Assembly (NCBI GenBank): GCA_050123375.1
Contig: JASFHF010000003.1
Coordinates: 2,064-66,063 of the forward strand
From: Gammaproteobacteria bacterium
GTDB taxonomy: Bacteria > Pseudomonadota > Gammaproteobacteria > UBA12402
Reading direction: 5' to 3'
DNA length: 64,000 nt
The translations under genes were made by a program, and so were the position numbers. Positions 1 to 9,820 of this stretch are shown here, in pieces. Numbering within the stretch: the stretch's first letter is position 1; each line of letters begins with the position of its first letter. The notes beneath the pieces were generated by a model that worked only from the letters and a program-made list of their open reading frames with translations, was not told where the DNA came from and ran no database searches.

Positions 1-26
1 GAAAAAATCAATTATAATATCTCGCT

Positions 27-764
27 ATGCAAATTAAACCAGCGCAACAATTATCAGTAGTTATTCCCATGTATAACGAAGAGGATAACGTTGAGATTTT
101 GGTGCGTGAAGTACATGCCGTATTAGCGCAACATCCTGATTTTGAAATAGTTGTGGTGGATGATGGCAGTCAGGATTCTACCTTTGAAAAGCTGAATTCG
201 CTTGCTAAGGATATACCGCAATTGCGGCCAATAAAGCACTTTGGAAATTTTGGTCAAAGTATTGGATTGGTTAGCGGTATTAAGGCGGCTAAACATCCTT
301 GGATTGTAACGCTTGATGGTGATGGGCAAAATGATCCGGCAGATATTCCTAAATTAATTCAAACAGTAGAAGCAGCGAGGGTCGGTTCAGGAATATTATT
401 AGCTGGCCATCGTGTTAATCGTAAAGATACGAAATGGAAAAAATTTGGTTCGCGTTTTGCGAATCGTGTAAGACGTTGGTTTTTGAAAGATAATTGTCCA
501 GATACTGGGTGCGGGATAAAAATGTTTTCACGCGAAGCGTTTTTATTATTACCGCATTTTAATCATATGCATCGTTATCTCCCGGCTTTATTTAAGCATA
601 TCGGCGGTAAAGTCATAAATGTTTCAGTAAACCATCGTCCAAGAACGCAAGGTCAATCAAAATATGGCAATTGGGGAAGGTTAAAAGTTGGTATAGTAGA
701 TTTGTTTGGAGTAGCGTGGCTAATTCGCCGTATAAAAGTTCCGGAGTATAAAAATGACAATTGA
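27..764 (+). CDS. Glycosyltransferase family 2 (ArnC/polyprenol-phosphate glycosyltransferase-like)
   Basis: SVVIPMYNEE, VVVDDGSQD, TLDGDGQNDP, DTGCGIK and SKYG motifs. Confidence 0.9.
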   Translation: MQIKPAQQLSVVIPMYNEEDNVEILVREVHAVLAQHPDFEIVVVDDGSQDSTFEKLNSLAKDIPQLRPIKHFGNFGQSIGLVSGIKAAKHPWIVTLDGDGQNDPADIPKLIQTVEAARVGSGILLAGHRVNRKDTKWKKFGSRFANRVRRWFLKDNCPDTGCGIKMFSREAFLLLPHFNHMHRYLPALFKHIGGKVINVSVNHRPRTQGQSKYGNWGRLKVGIVDLFGVAWLIRRIKVPEYKNDN

Positions 765-1056
765 TCATGGTGTAATTATCAACGTAATTTGGTTAACTAT
801 TGGTTTTGGCGGGCAGGCGATTTTTTCGATGCGGTTTGTGGTGCAGTGGTTATGCAGTGAAAGACAAAAGCGTAGCGTAATTCCTTTAGCGTTTTGGTAC
901 TTAAGTATTCTTGGCTCGATAACTTTATGTGCTTATGCGGTACATCGGCGTGATCCGGTATTTATTATAGGCCAAGCATTTGGCATTTTAGTTTATTTGC
1001 GTAATTTATATTTTATTTATAAAGAAAGGCAAGCATTGGTAAATACAGAAGGCTGA
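754..1056 (+). CDS. Lipid A biosynthesis N-terminal (LAB_N) domain membrane protein
   Basis: GFGGQAIFSMRFVVQW...SVIPLAFWYLS...RRDPVFIIGQ signature; overlaps the glycosyltransferase stop. Confidence 0.85.
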   Translation: MTIDHGVIINVIWLTIGFGGQAIFSMRFVVQWLCSERQKRSVIPLAFWYLSILGSITLCAYAVHRRDPVFIIGQAFGILVYLRNLYFIYKERQALVNTEG

Positions 1057-1064
1057 GTAGTTAC

Positions 1065-2012
1065 ATGAAAATTTTAGTTACTGGCTGCGCTGGTTTTATC
1101 GGCGCAGCATGTAGTAAAAAACTTTTAGAGCGGGGTGATGAGGTTATTGGTATTGATAATCTTAATGATTATTATGATCCTGCATTCAAGCAAGCTCGTT
1201 TACAAAATTTGCATCAATATAAAAATTTTGTTTTTCACCAGATTGATATTACTGATTTAAAAGCATTGCAAAAAATTTTACAAGAAACCAAACCGCGGTG
1301 TATTTTACATCTTGCGGCACAGGTTGGTGTGCGTTTTTCAATTAAAAATCCATTGCAATATATTCAGGATAATATAGTTGGTTTTACTAATTTATTAAAT
1401 GAAGCGCAAAAACTGGATAGTTTAGAAAATTTGGTTTTTGCTTCAAGCAGTTCGGTTTATGGCGCAAATACTAAAATGCCTTATGAAGTTAGCGATTTTG
1501 TCGATCATCCGATAAGTATTTATGCTGCCAGCAAAAAATGTGATGAATTAATTGCGCATGTTTATGCGCACATGTACGAGATGCCTTTGACCGGACTGCG
1601 TTATTTTACTGTATATGGTCCGTGGGGCAGGCCGGATATGGCGCCAATAAAATTTGCTAAAAAAATTATGGCAGATGAGCCGATTCCGGTTTTTAATTAC
1701 GGTAATCATAGCCGTGATTTTACTTATATTGATGATATTGTGGAAGGAACGATTTTAACTTTGGATAATCCAAAACCATATAAAGTTTATAACATTGGGT
1801 TTGGTAATCCAATGCAGTTGATGGATTTTATTAAACTGCTTGAAAAAGCATTAGGTAAAAAAGCAATTATTGATATGCAGCCGAAGCAGCCTGGAGATGT
1901 TGATAACACTTGGGCGGATGTTAGTGGTTTAAAAAATGATTTTGGTTATCAGCCAAAAATTGCACTTGACGAAGGGATTGCGCGTTTCGCCAAGTGGTTT
2001 TTGGAATATTAA
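1065..2012 (+). CDS. NAD-dependent epimerase (UDP-glucuronate 4-epimerase-like)
   Basis: TGCAGFIG Rossmann motif, ASSSSVYG, YAASKK, YGPWGRPDMA. Confidence 0.9.
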   Translation: MKILVTGCAGFIGAACSKKLLERGDEVIGIDNLNDYYDPAFKQARLQNLHQYKNFVFHQIDITDLKALQKILQETKPRCILHLAAQVGVRFSIKNPLQYIQDNIVGFTNLLNEAQKLDSLENLVFASSSSVYGANTKMPYEVSDFVDHPISIYAASKKCDELIAHVYAHMYEMPLTGLRYFTVYGPWGRPDMAPIKFAKKIMADEPIPVFNYGNHSRDFTYIDDIVEGTILTLDNPKPYKVYNIGFGNPMQLMDFIKLLEKALGKKAIIDMQPKQPGDVDNTWADVSGLKNDFGYQPKIALDEGIARFAKWFLEY

Positions 2013-2026
2013 ACATTGCATCACGT

Positions 2027-2500
2027 CTACATGTCTATGCGGGATGCAAATTGTTCTATTTCTTTTATGCGCGCTTCTTCTTTAACTTTTCGATATGCAT
2101 CTTCAGCTTTTTGATATGCATCGTCAGTTTTATATTTAGCTTTTTCGATTTCGATTTGTAACTTATTTCGTTTGTTTTTGTTATCGTTAACTTCTTTTTT
2201 GATTTTTTTATTACTAAAAATCCCGCATGAGAACTGGATATTTTTTGTTTTTTTAAATGCAGTGTCAAGTCTGTGTTGTAATTTGTTAATTTTGATATTT
2301 ACTATTTTAAATTGGTTGTAAGTTTTTTCTAAATTTTTTCTTATAACTTGCTTGAATTTTTTAGGATATTTCAATAACAATTTTAAATCATTTTCATTTA
2401 ATTTATGCTTTTTGGATAATTTTAAACTACCTTTATAAAGCAGAGTTTCTGCAATACTTACTATTTGTTTGTTGTTTTTTTTATCAAATAATTCATACAT
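2027..2500 (-). CDS. Hypothetical Lys-rich coiled-coil protein
   Basis: 157-aa ORF with GAGG RBS upstream; no recognisable domain. Confidence 0.6.
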   Translation of the reverse strand: MYELFDKKNNKQIVSIAETLLYKGSLKLSKKHKLNENDLKLLLKYPKKFKQVIRKNLEKTYNQFKIVNIKINKLQHRLDTAFKKTKNIQFSCGIFSNKKIKKEVNDNKNKRNKLQIEIEKAKYKTDDAYQKAEDAYRKVKEEARIKEIEQFASRIDM

Positions 2501-2809
2501 TATAATTCTACCTCTTGTTATTATTTTGTTAGTTTTGATTAATTTTGGATTGCCAAATGTATTATAGCTTAAAATTTACAAACTTCCATGGTTGCCTAAA
2601 AATTGAACAACGCTCGTACTTTTAAGGAATTTGCCTTAAAAAAATTGGAGCAAAAATAAGTAAAAGCTGCCTGAATTTTGATTCAACAAGCTGTAGTCGA
2701 GAATAGATACTCTGTGTTTTTAAAAAGCCGCTGTTAAAATTGCTAAAGAGATGATTTTTCGTGATTTTCTGATATAATGCAAAAATTCTTTAAATATGAG
2801 GATATGATT

Positions 2810-3139
2810 ATGGGTTTTTTAATTCCTGATGCTTACGCTGCAGTTCCTGCAGTAGGACATGGCTCATCAATGAACATGATTTTAATACTGGTGATTTTTG
2901 GCGCTTTTATTTATTTCTTTTTATGGCGTCCGCAGGCGAAACGTGCCAAACAGCATCAACAACTAGTCACCTCGATTAAGCCAGGTGATGAAATAGTTAC
3001 TGCTGGCGGTATGATGGCTAAGATTACTAAAGTAACTGATGACTATTTCCAAATTCAGGTAAGCAAAGATTCGGAAATGTTGCTGCAAAAAAATTCGATT
3101 GCACGAGTATTGCCTAAAGGTACCATTAAAGAGTGGTAG
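2810..3139 (+). CDS. yajC: Preprotein translocase subunit YajC
   Basis: RPQAKRAKQHQ, GDEIVTAGG; upstream of secD; start placed at the ATG after the GAGG RBS (ORF track starts at 2777). Confidence 0.93.
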   Translation: MGFLIPDAYAAVPAVGHGSSMNMILILVIFGAFIYFFLWRPQAKRAKQHQQLVTSIKPGDEIVTAGGMMAKITKVTDDYFQIQVSKDSEMLLQKNSIARVLPKGTIKEW

Positions 3140-3153
3140 CAAGGAAAAAATAG

Positions 3154-5064
3154 ATGAATAAGTATCCTTTGTGGAAGAATCTATTACTGATTGCTGTTTT
3201 GATTATTGCGGCGTTATATGCATTGCCGAATGTTTTTTTTCAGGATCCTTCAGTGCAGATTTCCAGCACGACTCCTGGGATTGTTTTAAGCCAGGATTTT
3301 TTGCAAACGGTTACTACAACATTAAAGTCTAATAAGTTACCTTATAAATCAGCTAGTGTGGAAAAAGATCATCTTTTAGTTCGTTTTAGTGACATTGATA
3401 CTCAACTGCAGGCTCAGGAATTATTGAAGAAAACTTTAGGTGATCAATATATTGTAGCAATAGATTTAGCTTCGGCTGCGCCGGAATGGTTGAGTAAAAT
3501 CGGCGCTCATCAGGTAAAACTTGGTTTGGATTTGCGCGGCGGTGTGCATTTTTTACTGCAAATTGATCTTGATTCAGTATTGCAGCGCCGCTTAAAAGGC
3601 GATGTACATAATATCGAAGAAGAATTAAGAAGCAAGCGTATTCGTTATACCGGGATAGCGCAGCAACGTCAGAGTCAAGGTTTGATAATTCGTTTTCGTG
3701 ATGCTGCGACATTACAAAAAGCGCAAAGCGTTTTGGCTAATAATTTTAGCGAATTTAAATGGGAAGCAGTTAAAGGCACTAATAATCAATTGTCTGGTAA
3801 ATTAGTGCCGAATCAATTACAAAAAATTGGGCAGTATGCAGTTGAGCAAACCATGACAACTTTGCGTCATCGGGTAAATGAATTAGGAGTCAGCGAAGCT
3901 TTAGTACAGCAGCAAGGACAAAATCGTATTTCGATTGATTTGCCAGGAGTGCAGGATGCAACTCAAGCGAAAGATATTTTAGGGAAAACCGCAACGCTTG
4001 AATTTCACATGGTAGATACTGAACATGATGCAGCCAGCGCAGCAGCAGGAGGCTTAATTCCGCCGGGAACTTCTTTATATAATTATCAGGGCAGGCCGTA
4101 TTTATTAAAAAATCAAATTATCTTATCAGGAGACTCAATTACCAACGCTGAATCTGGTTTTGATCCAACTACAGGCCAACCGATGGTGGGAATTAAACTT
4201 GGTGGTGGTGGTGAATCTTTGTTTGAAAGAATTACTGCGGAAAATGTTGGTAAACCGATAGCGACGGTTTATATTGATTTGCAGCCACATACTACAAAGA
4301 TTAACGGCAAAGAAAAAATTACTTACAAAAAGAAAAGTCGCGTAATTAATATTGCAACTATCGAATCGGCATTAGGTAATAATTTCCAGGTTACCGGATT
4401 ATCCAATCCGCAAGAAGCTAATCAGTTGTCTTTATTGTTACGGTCAGGTGCATTGCCTGCAGTAATTGCAATTATCGAAGAAAAAACTGTTGGTCCCAGC
4501 ATGGGTCAACGCAACATTCATCAGGGCATGCTTTCAGTTGAAATTGGCTTGCTGTTAGTTGTTATTTTCATGATTATTTACTATCGGTTTTTTGGGTTGG
4601 TTGCTGATATCGGTTTGTTGGTTAATATGATTTTTTTAATTGCCGTTTTGTCAGCAATTGGCGCAACTTTAACTTTTGCCGGTATTGCTGGTATTGTGCT
4701 TACTGTTGGTATGGCAGTTGATGCGAATGTATTGATTTACGAACGTATTCGAGAAGAATTGCGTAATGGCATGACACCGCAGGCAGCAATTCACGCTGGT
4801 TATGAACGCGCGCTTATTACGATTGTAGATGCAAATGTTACTACTTTAATTGTGGCGATGATTTTGTTTGCATTAGGTTCCGGTTCAGTTAAAGGTTTTG
4901 CAATTACTTTGACGATTGGTTTAATAACGTCAATGTTATCTGCAATTATGTACACGCGTGCCATTGTAAATTGGCGTTATGGCGGCAAACGGGTTAAAAG
5001 TTTGTCGATAGGGGTTAGAGTTAATAAAAATATCGGGGAAAGTAAAAATGGGGTCAGGTCTTGA
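3154..5064 (+). CDS. secD: Protein translocase subunit SecD
   Basis: LGLDLRGGVHFLL, GMAVDANVLIYERIREE; last codons and stop lie inside a REP arm. Confidence 0.97.
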   Translation: MNKYPLWKNLLLIAVLIIAALYALPNVFFQDPSVQISSTTPGIVLSQDFLQTVTTTLKSNKLPYKSASVEKDHLLVRFSDIDTQLQAQELLKKTLGDQYIVAIDLASAAPEWLSKIGAHQVKLGLDLRGGVHFLLQIDLDSVLQRRLKGDVHNIEEELRSKRIRYTGIAQQRQSQGLIIRFRDAATLQKAQSVLANNFSEFKWEAVKGTNNQLSGKLVPNQLQKIGQYAVEQTMTTLRHRVNELGVSEALVQQQGQNRISIDLPGVQDATQAKDILGKTATLEFHMVDTEHDAASAAAGGLIPPGTSLYNYQGRPYLLKNQIILSGDSITNAESGFDPTTGQPMVGIKLGGGGESLFERITAENVGKPIATVYIDLQPHTTKINGKEKITYKKKSRVINIATIESALGNNFQVTGLSNPQEANQLSLLLRSGALPAVIAIIEEKTVGPSMGQRNIHQGMLSVEIGLLLVVIFMIIYYRFFGLVADIGLLVNMIFLIAVLSAIGATLTFAGIAGIVLTVGMAVDANVLIYERIREELRNGMTPQAAIHAGYERALITIVDANVTTLIVAMILFALGSGSVKGFAITLTIGLITSMLSAIMYTRAIVNWRYGGKRVKSLSIGVRVNKNIGESKNGVRS

Positions 5065-5160
5065 ATTTTAGGCTTTGATTTAGTGGATAGAGCTAGCAGA
5101 GTCAAGTTTTGAGTTTTAAATTAAAGTGTAAAATTCAAGACCTGACCCCACTACGGAGTA
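5049..5160. repeat. REPIN/MITE-like element, family A, copy 1
   Basis: Perfect 22-bp inverted arms TGGGGTCAGGTCTTGAATTTTA around a spacer, followed by a CTACGGAGTA tail. Confidence 0.9.
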
Positions 5161-5164
5161 ATTT

Positions 5165-6109
5165 ATGGAATTTTTTAAAACCAATACAAAAATTGATTTT
5201 TTAGGATTACAAAAATGGGCGGCAGCATTTTCCATTATTATTTTTATTGCATCCGTTGTGTCGCTAATTATTTTTGGTTTAAATTTTGATTTAGATTTTA
5301 CTGGCGGTACTCAAATTAATTTAGTTTTTCCACAAACTGTTAATATAGTGCAGATTCGTAAAGATTTAGATGCAGCGGGTTTGAAAGATGCGCAAGTGCA
5401 AACTTACGGAAGCACCAAGGATGTATTGATTAGTTTGGGAATTAGTAAACAGATGCGTAAATCTGGCCAAACTTTAAAACAAATACAAGATACTTTAACT
5501 CAGGCAGTAGCAAAAGCGGTGCCGAATGGGAATGTTGTAAGAGTGAATTCAATCGGCGCCAAGGTTAGTTCAGAACTAGCATATAAAGGTATTTTGGCAG
5601 TAGTAATTGCAATGTTGGTTACCATGATTTATATCGCCTTTCGATTTGAATGGCATATGGCAGTTGGTGCGGCGGTATCACTAGTACACGATCCAATTTT
5701 AATTTTAGGTTTATTTTCGTTTTTTCATATTCGGTTTGATTTGGTGGCGCTTGCCGCGGTGTTAACTGTGATTGGTTATTCATTGAATGACACCATTGTT
5801 ATTTTTGACCGGGTGCGGGAAAATTTCCGTAAAATGCGTCGCGGTACACCAAAAGAAGTTGTTAATGCTGCAATTAATCAAACTTTATCACGAACTATTA
5901 TGTCAGCAGGTTTGGTTTTGTTAGTAGTGGTAGTGTTATATTTGTTTGGTGGGCCAGTGATTCATGCATTTTCATTAGCTCTAATCATTGGTATCGTGAT
6001 TGGTACTTATTCTTCAATTTATGTAGCTGGATCTCTTGCGGTAGCTTTAGGTTTACAGCGTTCTGATTTATTAACGGCTGCGAAACGCGAGTATGTGGAT
6101 ACTCCGTAG
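5165..6109 (+). CDS. secF: Protein translocase subunit SecF
   Basis: LDFTGGT, GYSLNDTIVIFDRVREN, GTYSSIYVA. Confidence 0.97.
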   Translation: MEFFKTNTKIDFLGLQKWAAAFSIIIFIASVVSLIIFGLNFDLDFTGGTQINLVFPQTVNIVQIRKDLDAAGLKDAQVQTYGSTKDVLISLGISKQMRKSGQTLKQIQDTLTQAVAKAVPNGNVVRVNSIGAKVSSELAYKGILAVVIAMLVTMIYIAFRFEWHMAVGAAVSLVHDPILILGLFSFFHIRFDLVALAAVLTVIGYSLNDTIVIFDRVRENFRKMRRGTPKEVVNAAINQTLSRTIMSAGLVLLVVVVLYLFGGPVIHAFSLALIIGIVIGTYSSIYVAGSLAVALGLQRSDLLTAAKREYVDTP

Positions 6110-6175
6110 TTAACTTGTTAACTGTCCGCGAAGCGTATTATTTTTGTACAGAATTTTTTTTATTTTTTTCATGCT

Positions 6176-6208
6176 CTTAAGATTGTCTTAAGGTTAGAGT
6201 TCTATAAT
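6176..6208 (+). promoter_or_regulatory. PmrA-type box with -10 element
   Basis: CTTAAGATT-gt-CTTAAGGTT-N7-TATAAT matches the Legionella/Coxiella PmrA element layout. Confidence 0.75.
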
Positions 6209-6240
6209 TAAAATAAGAAAGTGATAAGGGGGTGTAGAAT

Positions 6241-7923
6241 ATGAGTTATAATGAATTTGAGACATTTGAGCAGAAGACTTTTAATGACGCAATTAGGTAT
6301 TATTACGATAAGCAAACTAGCAAAACATCTGAGGAAAAATATTTGTATTTATGTTTTTGCCCAGAGCGCTATGATAATTTTACAGGTAAACCGCAGTATT
6401 TTCTTTGGCAAAAACCATATGTAAATCAATATAATTTTATCTTTGAACTTAGTGAGCATATTCAAGAATTAGAAAAAAAACCAAGTAAAACAAATATTAG
6501 GAGAGCAGATCTTTTGAAAAATTTGGTTCATAAGTTATATAACATTAGTGAAACTAAATCTAAATTATCTAGCATTAGTGATGCTATTGAAAAATTTCAC
6601 AAAAACCATGCTAAAGAATTAGGAAAACACTTTATTTTTCCGAGTAAAACTTCGAAGTTTTTAGGAAAAATGATTGGGGAAACCAGTAAAATTCAAACGG
6701 GGGTTTCATTCAAAAACAAGATCAATTATAAATGTGAAAAATTAGAAGATTTTACTACTACAGATAAAGAACGTCATATTGATCCAGTGCTCGCTAAGTG
6801 TGTTGTAAATGAAAAGGTGAAAAACTTTCAGAAATTAATTAAAGATCGAGTTGTGGAAGAAAGAAAGAAAATATTAAGTAAGCGCGGATTTTTGACCAAA
6901 GTATTACATTTCTTTATGCCACCACTTAAAAAGGCGTATGTTAATAAAAAATTGAAATTTCTAAATGATGGGTTGGAAAAATATAAAAAACTTTCATCTA
7001 CCGAAGAAGTATTGAAGCAAGTAAAATCTGAAAAAAAATCCGATTCAGAATCTACAAACGTTTTTGGTGATACCACAGTTGGCAAAAAACTTTCAAACAT
7101 TTGGAATGGTTTCAAGTCAGCATTTAAAAAGGCAACAGAATTTTTGACGAAAAAAGAACGGGAGATTGAAAAGAAAGATCTTGAAGAAAAAAGTAAAAAG
7201 AAATTGATTGAGAAGAAAAAGTGTGAAAAAGAAAAGAAAAGAAGGTTGATGGAGCAGAAAAAACAGCAAGATCAAGAAAAGCAAAGGAAATTAATAGCGA
7301 AGAAGAAGATGTTTAATGATGAACAAGCTTGTGGTTTATTAAAGAAGACAATATTATCTGAAAAAGAATATGGTTGGCTCAAGGGGTATTTGGGTAATTT
7401 AAACAATAAAAAATTATCTAATTTGTTTTCCAATTTGTATGCAAAAAAAGTAGTGGGTGGCGAATGTAAATATATAGTGAAAAAAGAAAGAGAACCAAGA
7501 CGTTATGAAGGGAGAGCAAATGATAAAAAGATTAAATCTTATGAGCCACAAAATCAAAATACGGGACTAAAGCAGAAGAGGAGGAAACGAAATGCTAAAC
7601 GACAAAATAACTGTATATCGTTCTTTGATTTAAAACTTTATTCTAAACACATTAAGGAAATATGTTTTGATCAACAACCACAACAACAGTTTGGCGTGAT
7701 AAAAGTAACCGTCAAAAACTCTTCATATTGGATGCGGCAATATATTGATCAAAAGACATATATGAAATGTCAAAAAAGTCCAAATATTTTCTTACAAAAA
7801 ATTTCAGAATGTTATGACCCCACATGTGGTACTACTACAGGTTTTGAGTTTAATGAAGCAAAATTTAACAAAAATTTCTCAGGCAATAATAAAAATGTTA
7901 AAAGAACGTTTGTAAATCATTGA
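6241..7923 (+). CDS. Hypothetical K/E-rich coiled-coil protein, candidate secreted effector
   Basis: 560-aa orphan ORF behind a PmrA-type box. Confidence 0.7.
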   Translation: MSYNEFETFEQKTFNDAIRYYYDKQTSKTSEEKYLYLCFCPERYDNFTGKPQYFLWQKPYVNQYNFIFELSEHIQELEKKPSKTNIRRADLLKNLVHKLYNISETKSKLSSISDAIEKFHKNHAKELGKHFIFPSKTSKFLGKMIGETSKIQTGVSFKNKINYKCEKLEDFTTTDKERHIDPVLAKCVVNEKVKNFQKLIKDRVVEERKKILSKRGFLTKVLHFFMPPLKKAYVNKKLKFLNDGLEKYKKLSSTEEVLKQVKSEKKSDSESTNVFGDTTVGKKLSNIWNGFKSAFKKATEFLTKKEREIEKKDLEEKSKKKLIEKKKCEKEKKRRLMEQKKQQDQEKQRKLIAKKKMFNDEQACGLLKKTILSEKEYGWLKGYLGNLNNKKLSNLFSNLYAKKVVGGECKYIVKKEREPRRYEGRANDKKIKSYEPQNQNTGLKQKRRKRNAKRQNNCISFFDLKLYSKHIKEICFDQQPQQQFGVIKVTVKNSSYWMRQYIDQKTYMKCQKSPNIFLQKISECYDPTCGTTTGFEFNEAKFNKNFSGNNKNVKRTFVNH

Positions 7924-7945
7924 TAAAAGATGGGCGCTATTTAAT

Positions 7946-7974
7946 TCCCGGAAATTGCGCAGCAATTTCCGGGA
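7946..7974. terminator. Hairpin, probable terminator
   Basis: TCCCGGAAATTGC-gca-GCAATTTCCGGGA between the converging 6241 gene and the fba-end copy. Confidence 0.6.
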
Positions 7975-7987
7975 TAACAAATATTAG

Positions 7988-8045
7988 TTATTTTTCCATA
8001 TCCTTACTATATTTCCCCACCGCTGCGGTGCCGTTTAAGCGTGCG
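7988..8045 (-). repeat. Copy 1 of the fba 3' end (ARLNGTAAVGKYSKDMEK*)
   Basis: Matches 11282..11339 with 5 substitutions and includes the stop codon. Confidence 0.93.
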
Positions 8046-8073
8046 GATTTTTTTATCTTTCAAAAAATTTGCA

Positions 8074-8103
8074 TTATAACCAAAATAGGTTATAATTATA
8101 ACC
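8074..8103 (+). promoter_or_regulatory. Probable TA operator
   Basis: TTATAACC-N6-GGTTATAA-TTATAACC directly before the toxin ATG. Confidence 0.6.
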
Positions 8104-8367
8104 ATGTGTGATTATAATATAAAAATACACAAACAAGCTAAAAAGAAGCTGCAAAGCCTTAACGCAAAAGATAGGCTTAAAATAACGGATAAAATCATGG
8201 AGTTATCATATAACCCGGATTCTGCTAATTTGGATACGAAGGTTTTAACTAATTCGTCTCTGTGGCGATTAAGAATTGGAAAATGGAGGGTTATTTATTC
8301 ACGTGATGACATGGTGAAAATTTTAAGGATAGAAAAAATAAAGTCAAGAGGAGACGTTTACAAATGA
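8104..8367 (+). CDS. RelE/ParE-family type II toxin
   Basis: 87 aa, WRLRIGKWRVIY...IKSRGDVYK. Confidence 0.9.
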   Translation: MCDYNIKIHKQAKKKLQSLNAKDRLKITDKIMELSYNPDSANLDTKVLTNSSLWRLRIGKWRVIYSRDDMVKILRIEKIKSRGDVYK

Positions 8368-8681
8368 ATCAATTACAAACTATTAACAATATTAGCGGTA
8401 AGCCAGAGTATGTGTTATTACCGATAAATGTGTATAAAATATTACGACGCGACATAATTCAGGCGTTTAAAACTATAGATCAGGAATATGAAGATTTTGA
8501 TCCAAAAGATTTTATTAAAAATCCAATTACCTTGCTGCGTATGCGGGCAAAAATAACGCAAACAGAATTGGCTAAAAGATTAAAAGTTACACAGGCTTAC
8601 ATAAGTAAAATTGAAAATGACAATTATAATGTTACTTCAGAAGTATTAAAGAAAATTAAAAAAGTATTAAAAACGAAATAA
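8364..8681 (+). CDS. Xre/HTH antitoxin (toxin-first gene order)
   Basis: ITQTELAKRLKVTQAYISKIEN HTH; ATGA overlap with the toxin. Confidence 0.85.
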   Translation: MNQLQTINNISGKPEYVLLPINVYKILRRDIIQAFKTIDQEYEDFDPKDFIKNPITLLRMRAKITQTELAKRLKVTQAYISKIENDNYNVTSEVLKKIKKVLKTK

Positions 8682-8682
8682 A

Positions 8683-8830
8683 TCAATTGGGGGCAGCGTC
8701 TTTACTATATTTCCCCACCGCAGCGGCGCCGTTTAAGCGCGCGCGTTTTAGCAATTCTTGCTGCGCGGCAGTTACATTTTCTTTTTTGCCTAGCCATGCT
8801 TTTAGGCAGGGAGCTTGTAGTGCACGTCCG
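8683..8830 (-). repeat. Copy 2 of the fba 3' end, ending in a REP-like arm (...GKYSKDAAPN*)
   Basis: 8704..8819 is identical to 11300..11415 (116 bp); 8820..8830 differs only at synonymous positions. Confidence 0.95.
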
Positions 8831-8862
8831 CATAACATAGTTACATTTTTTAACTTGCTAAG

Positions 8863-8916
8863 GCATATTCATTCCTGTAAAATCCAAAATATATGGTTTT
8901 AATAGGAATGAATATG
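8863..8916 (+). promoter_or_regulatory. Inverted-repeat operator of the AbiE operon
   Basis: CATATTCATTCCT ... AGGAATGAATATG immediately upstream of the antitoxin ATG. Confidence 0.65.
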
Positions 8917-8918
8917 TC

Positions 8919-9713
8919 ATGAGATTGTCAGAATACATTGATTTTTTAATTGCCCATGGCAAATGCTGTTTTTCACTTGATGAAGCGGAGGAGTATTTGG
9001 GCAAAAAGCGTTCTCTTGTTATAAAAGCGATTAATCATCAAAAAAAATTGGGTCGGATAGCAAGTCCTGCTAAAGGTTTTTATGTAATTGTTTCACCTGA
9101 ATATCGTATTTATGGTTGTTTGCCTGCAGAATATTTCATTCCTTACCTCATGAAGTACTGGGAACAAGATTATTACGCTGGTTTATTAACTGCCGCACTT
9201 TATCATGGTGCATCTCATCAAAAGCCGCAAATTTTTCAGGTAATTACCAATAAAAAACGACCGGTAGTATATTGTGGAAAAATAAAAGTAGTTTTTTATT
9301 TAAAAAAATGGTTTAATAACATTGCTTTTCAAAACTTTTCCACTTCAAAAGGTATTTTAAAAATCTCTACACCGGAACAAACCGCTATAGATTTATTTTT
9401 ATATTCTAAACAAAGTGGTGGGATAAATCATATCGCAACAGTTTTAGCAGAGTTGTCCGAGGCAATTAATTCTGAAAAACTTTTATCATTAATTCAAAAA
9501 CATCCTTATGGTGCTTGGCAGCAACGTATGGGGTATTTGTTTGATGAGCTGGGAGAGAAAAAACTAGCAACGGCAGTTGAGCAAAATATACAAGCTCAAA
9601 AAAGAATAATTTATATTCCTCTTGCTGCGATGTTACAAAAAACAAACAAAAAATATAAACGCGATAAAAAATGGAAAATAATTATTAATTCAACTATCGA
9701 GACAGATTTATGA
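8919..9713 (+). CDS. AbiEi-family type IV antitoxin
   Basis: KGFYVIV, YYAGLLTAALYHGASHQ, KISTPEQTAIDL; coupled to an AbiEii gene. Confidence 0.88.
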   Translation: MRLSEYIDFLIAHGKCCFSLDEAEEYLGKKRSLVIKAINHQKKLGRIASPAKGFYVIVSPEYRIYGCLPAEYFIPYLMKYWEQDYYAGLLTAALYHGASHQKPQIFQVITNKKRPVVYCGKIKVVFYLKKWFNNIAFQNFSTSKGILKISTPEQTAIDLFLYSKQSGGINHIATVLAELSEAINSEKLLSLIQKHPYGAWQQRMGYLFDELGEKKLATAVEQNIQAQKRIIYIPLAAMLQKTNKKYKRDKKWKIIINSTIETDL

Positions 9714-9820
9714 TTGAAAAAATTTATCTGGATGAATGGCGACAAGCGGCTCCATGGAAAACTTTGTTGATGGTAGAGCAAGATTTAATTATAAGTAAGG
9801 CGTTGGTGTGTTTGTATAAT

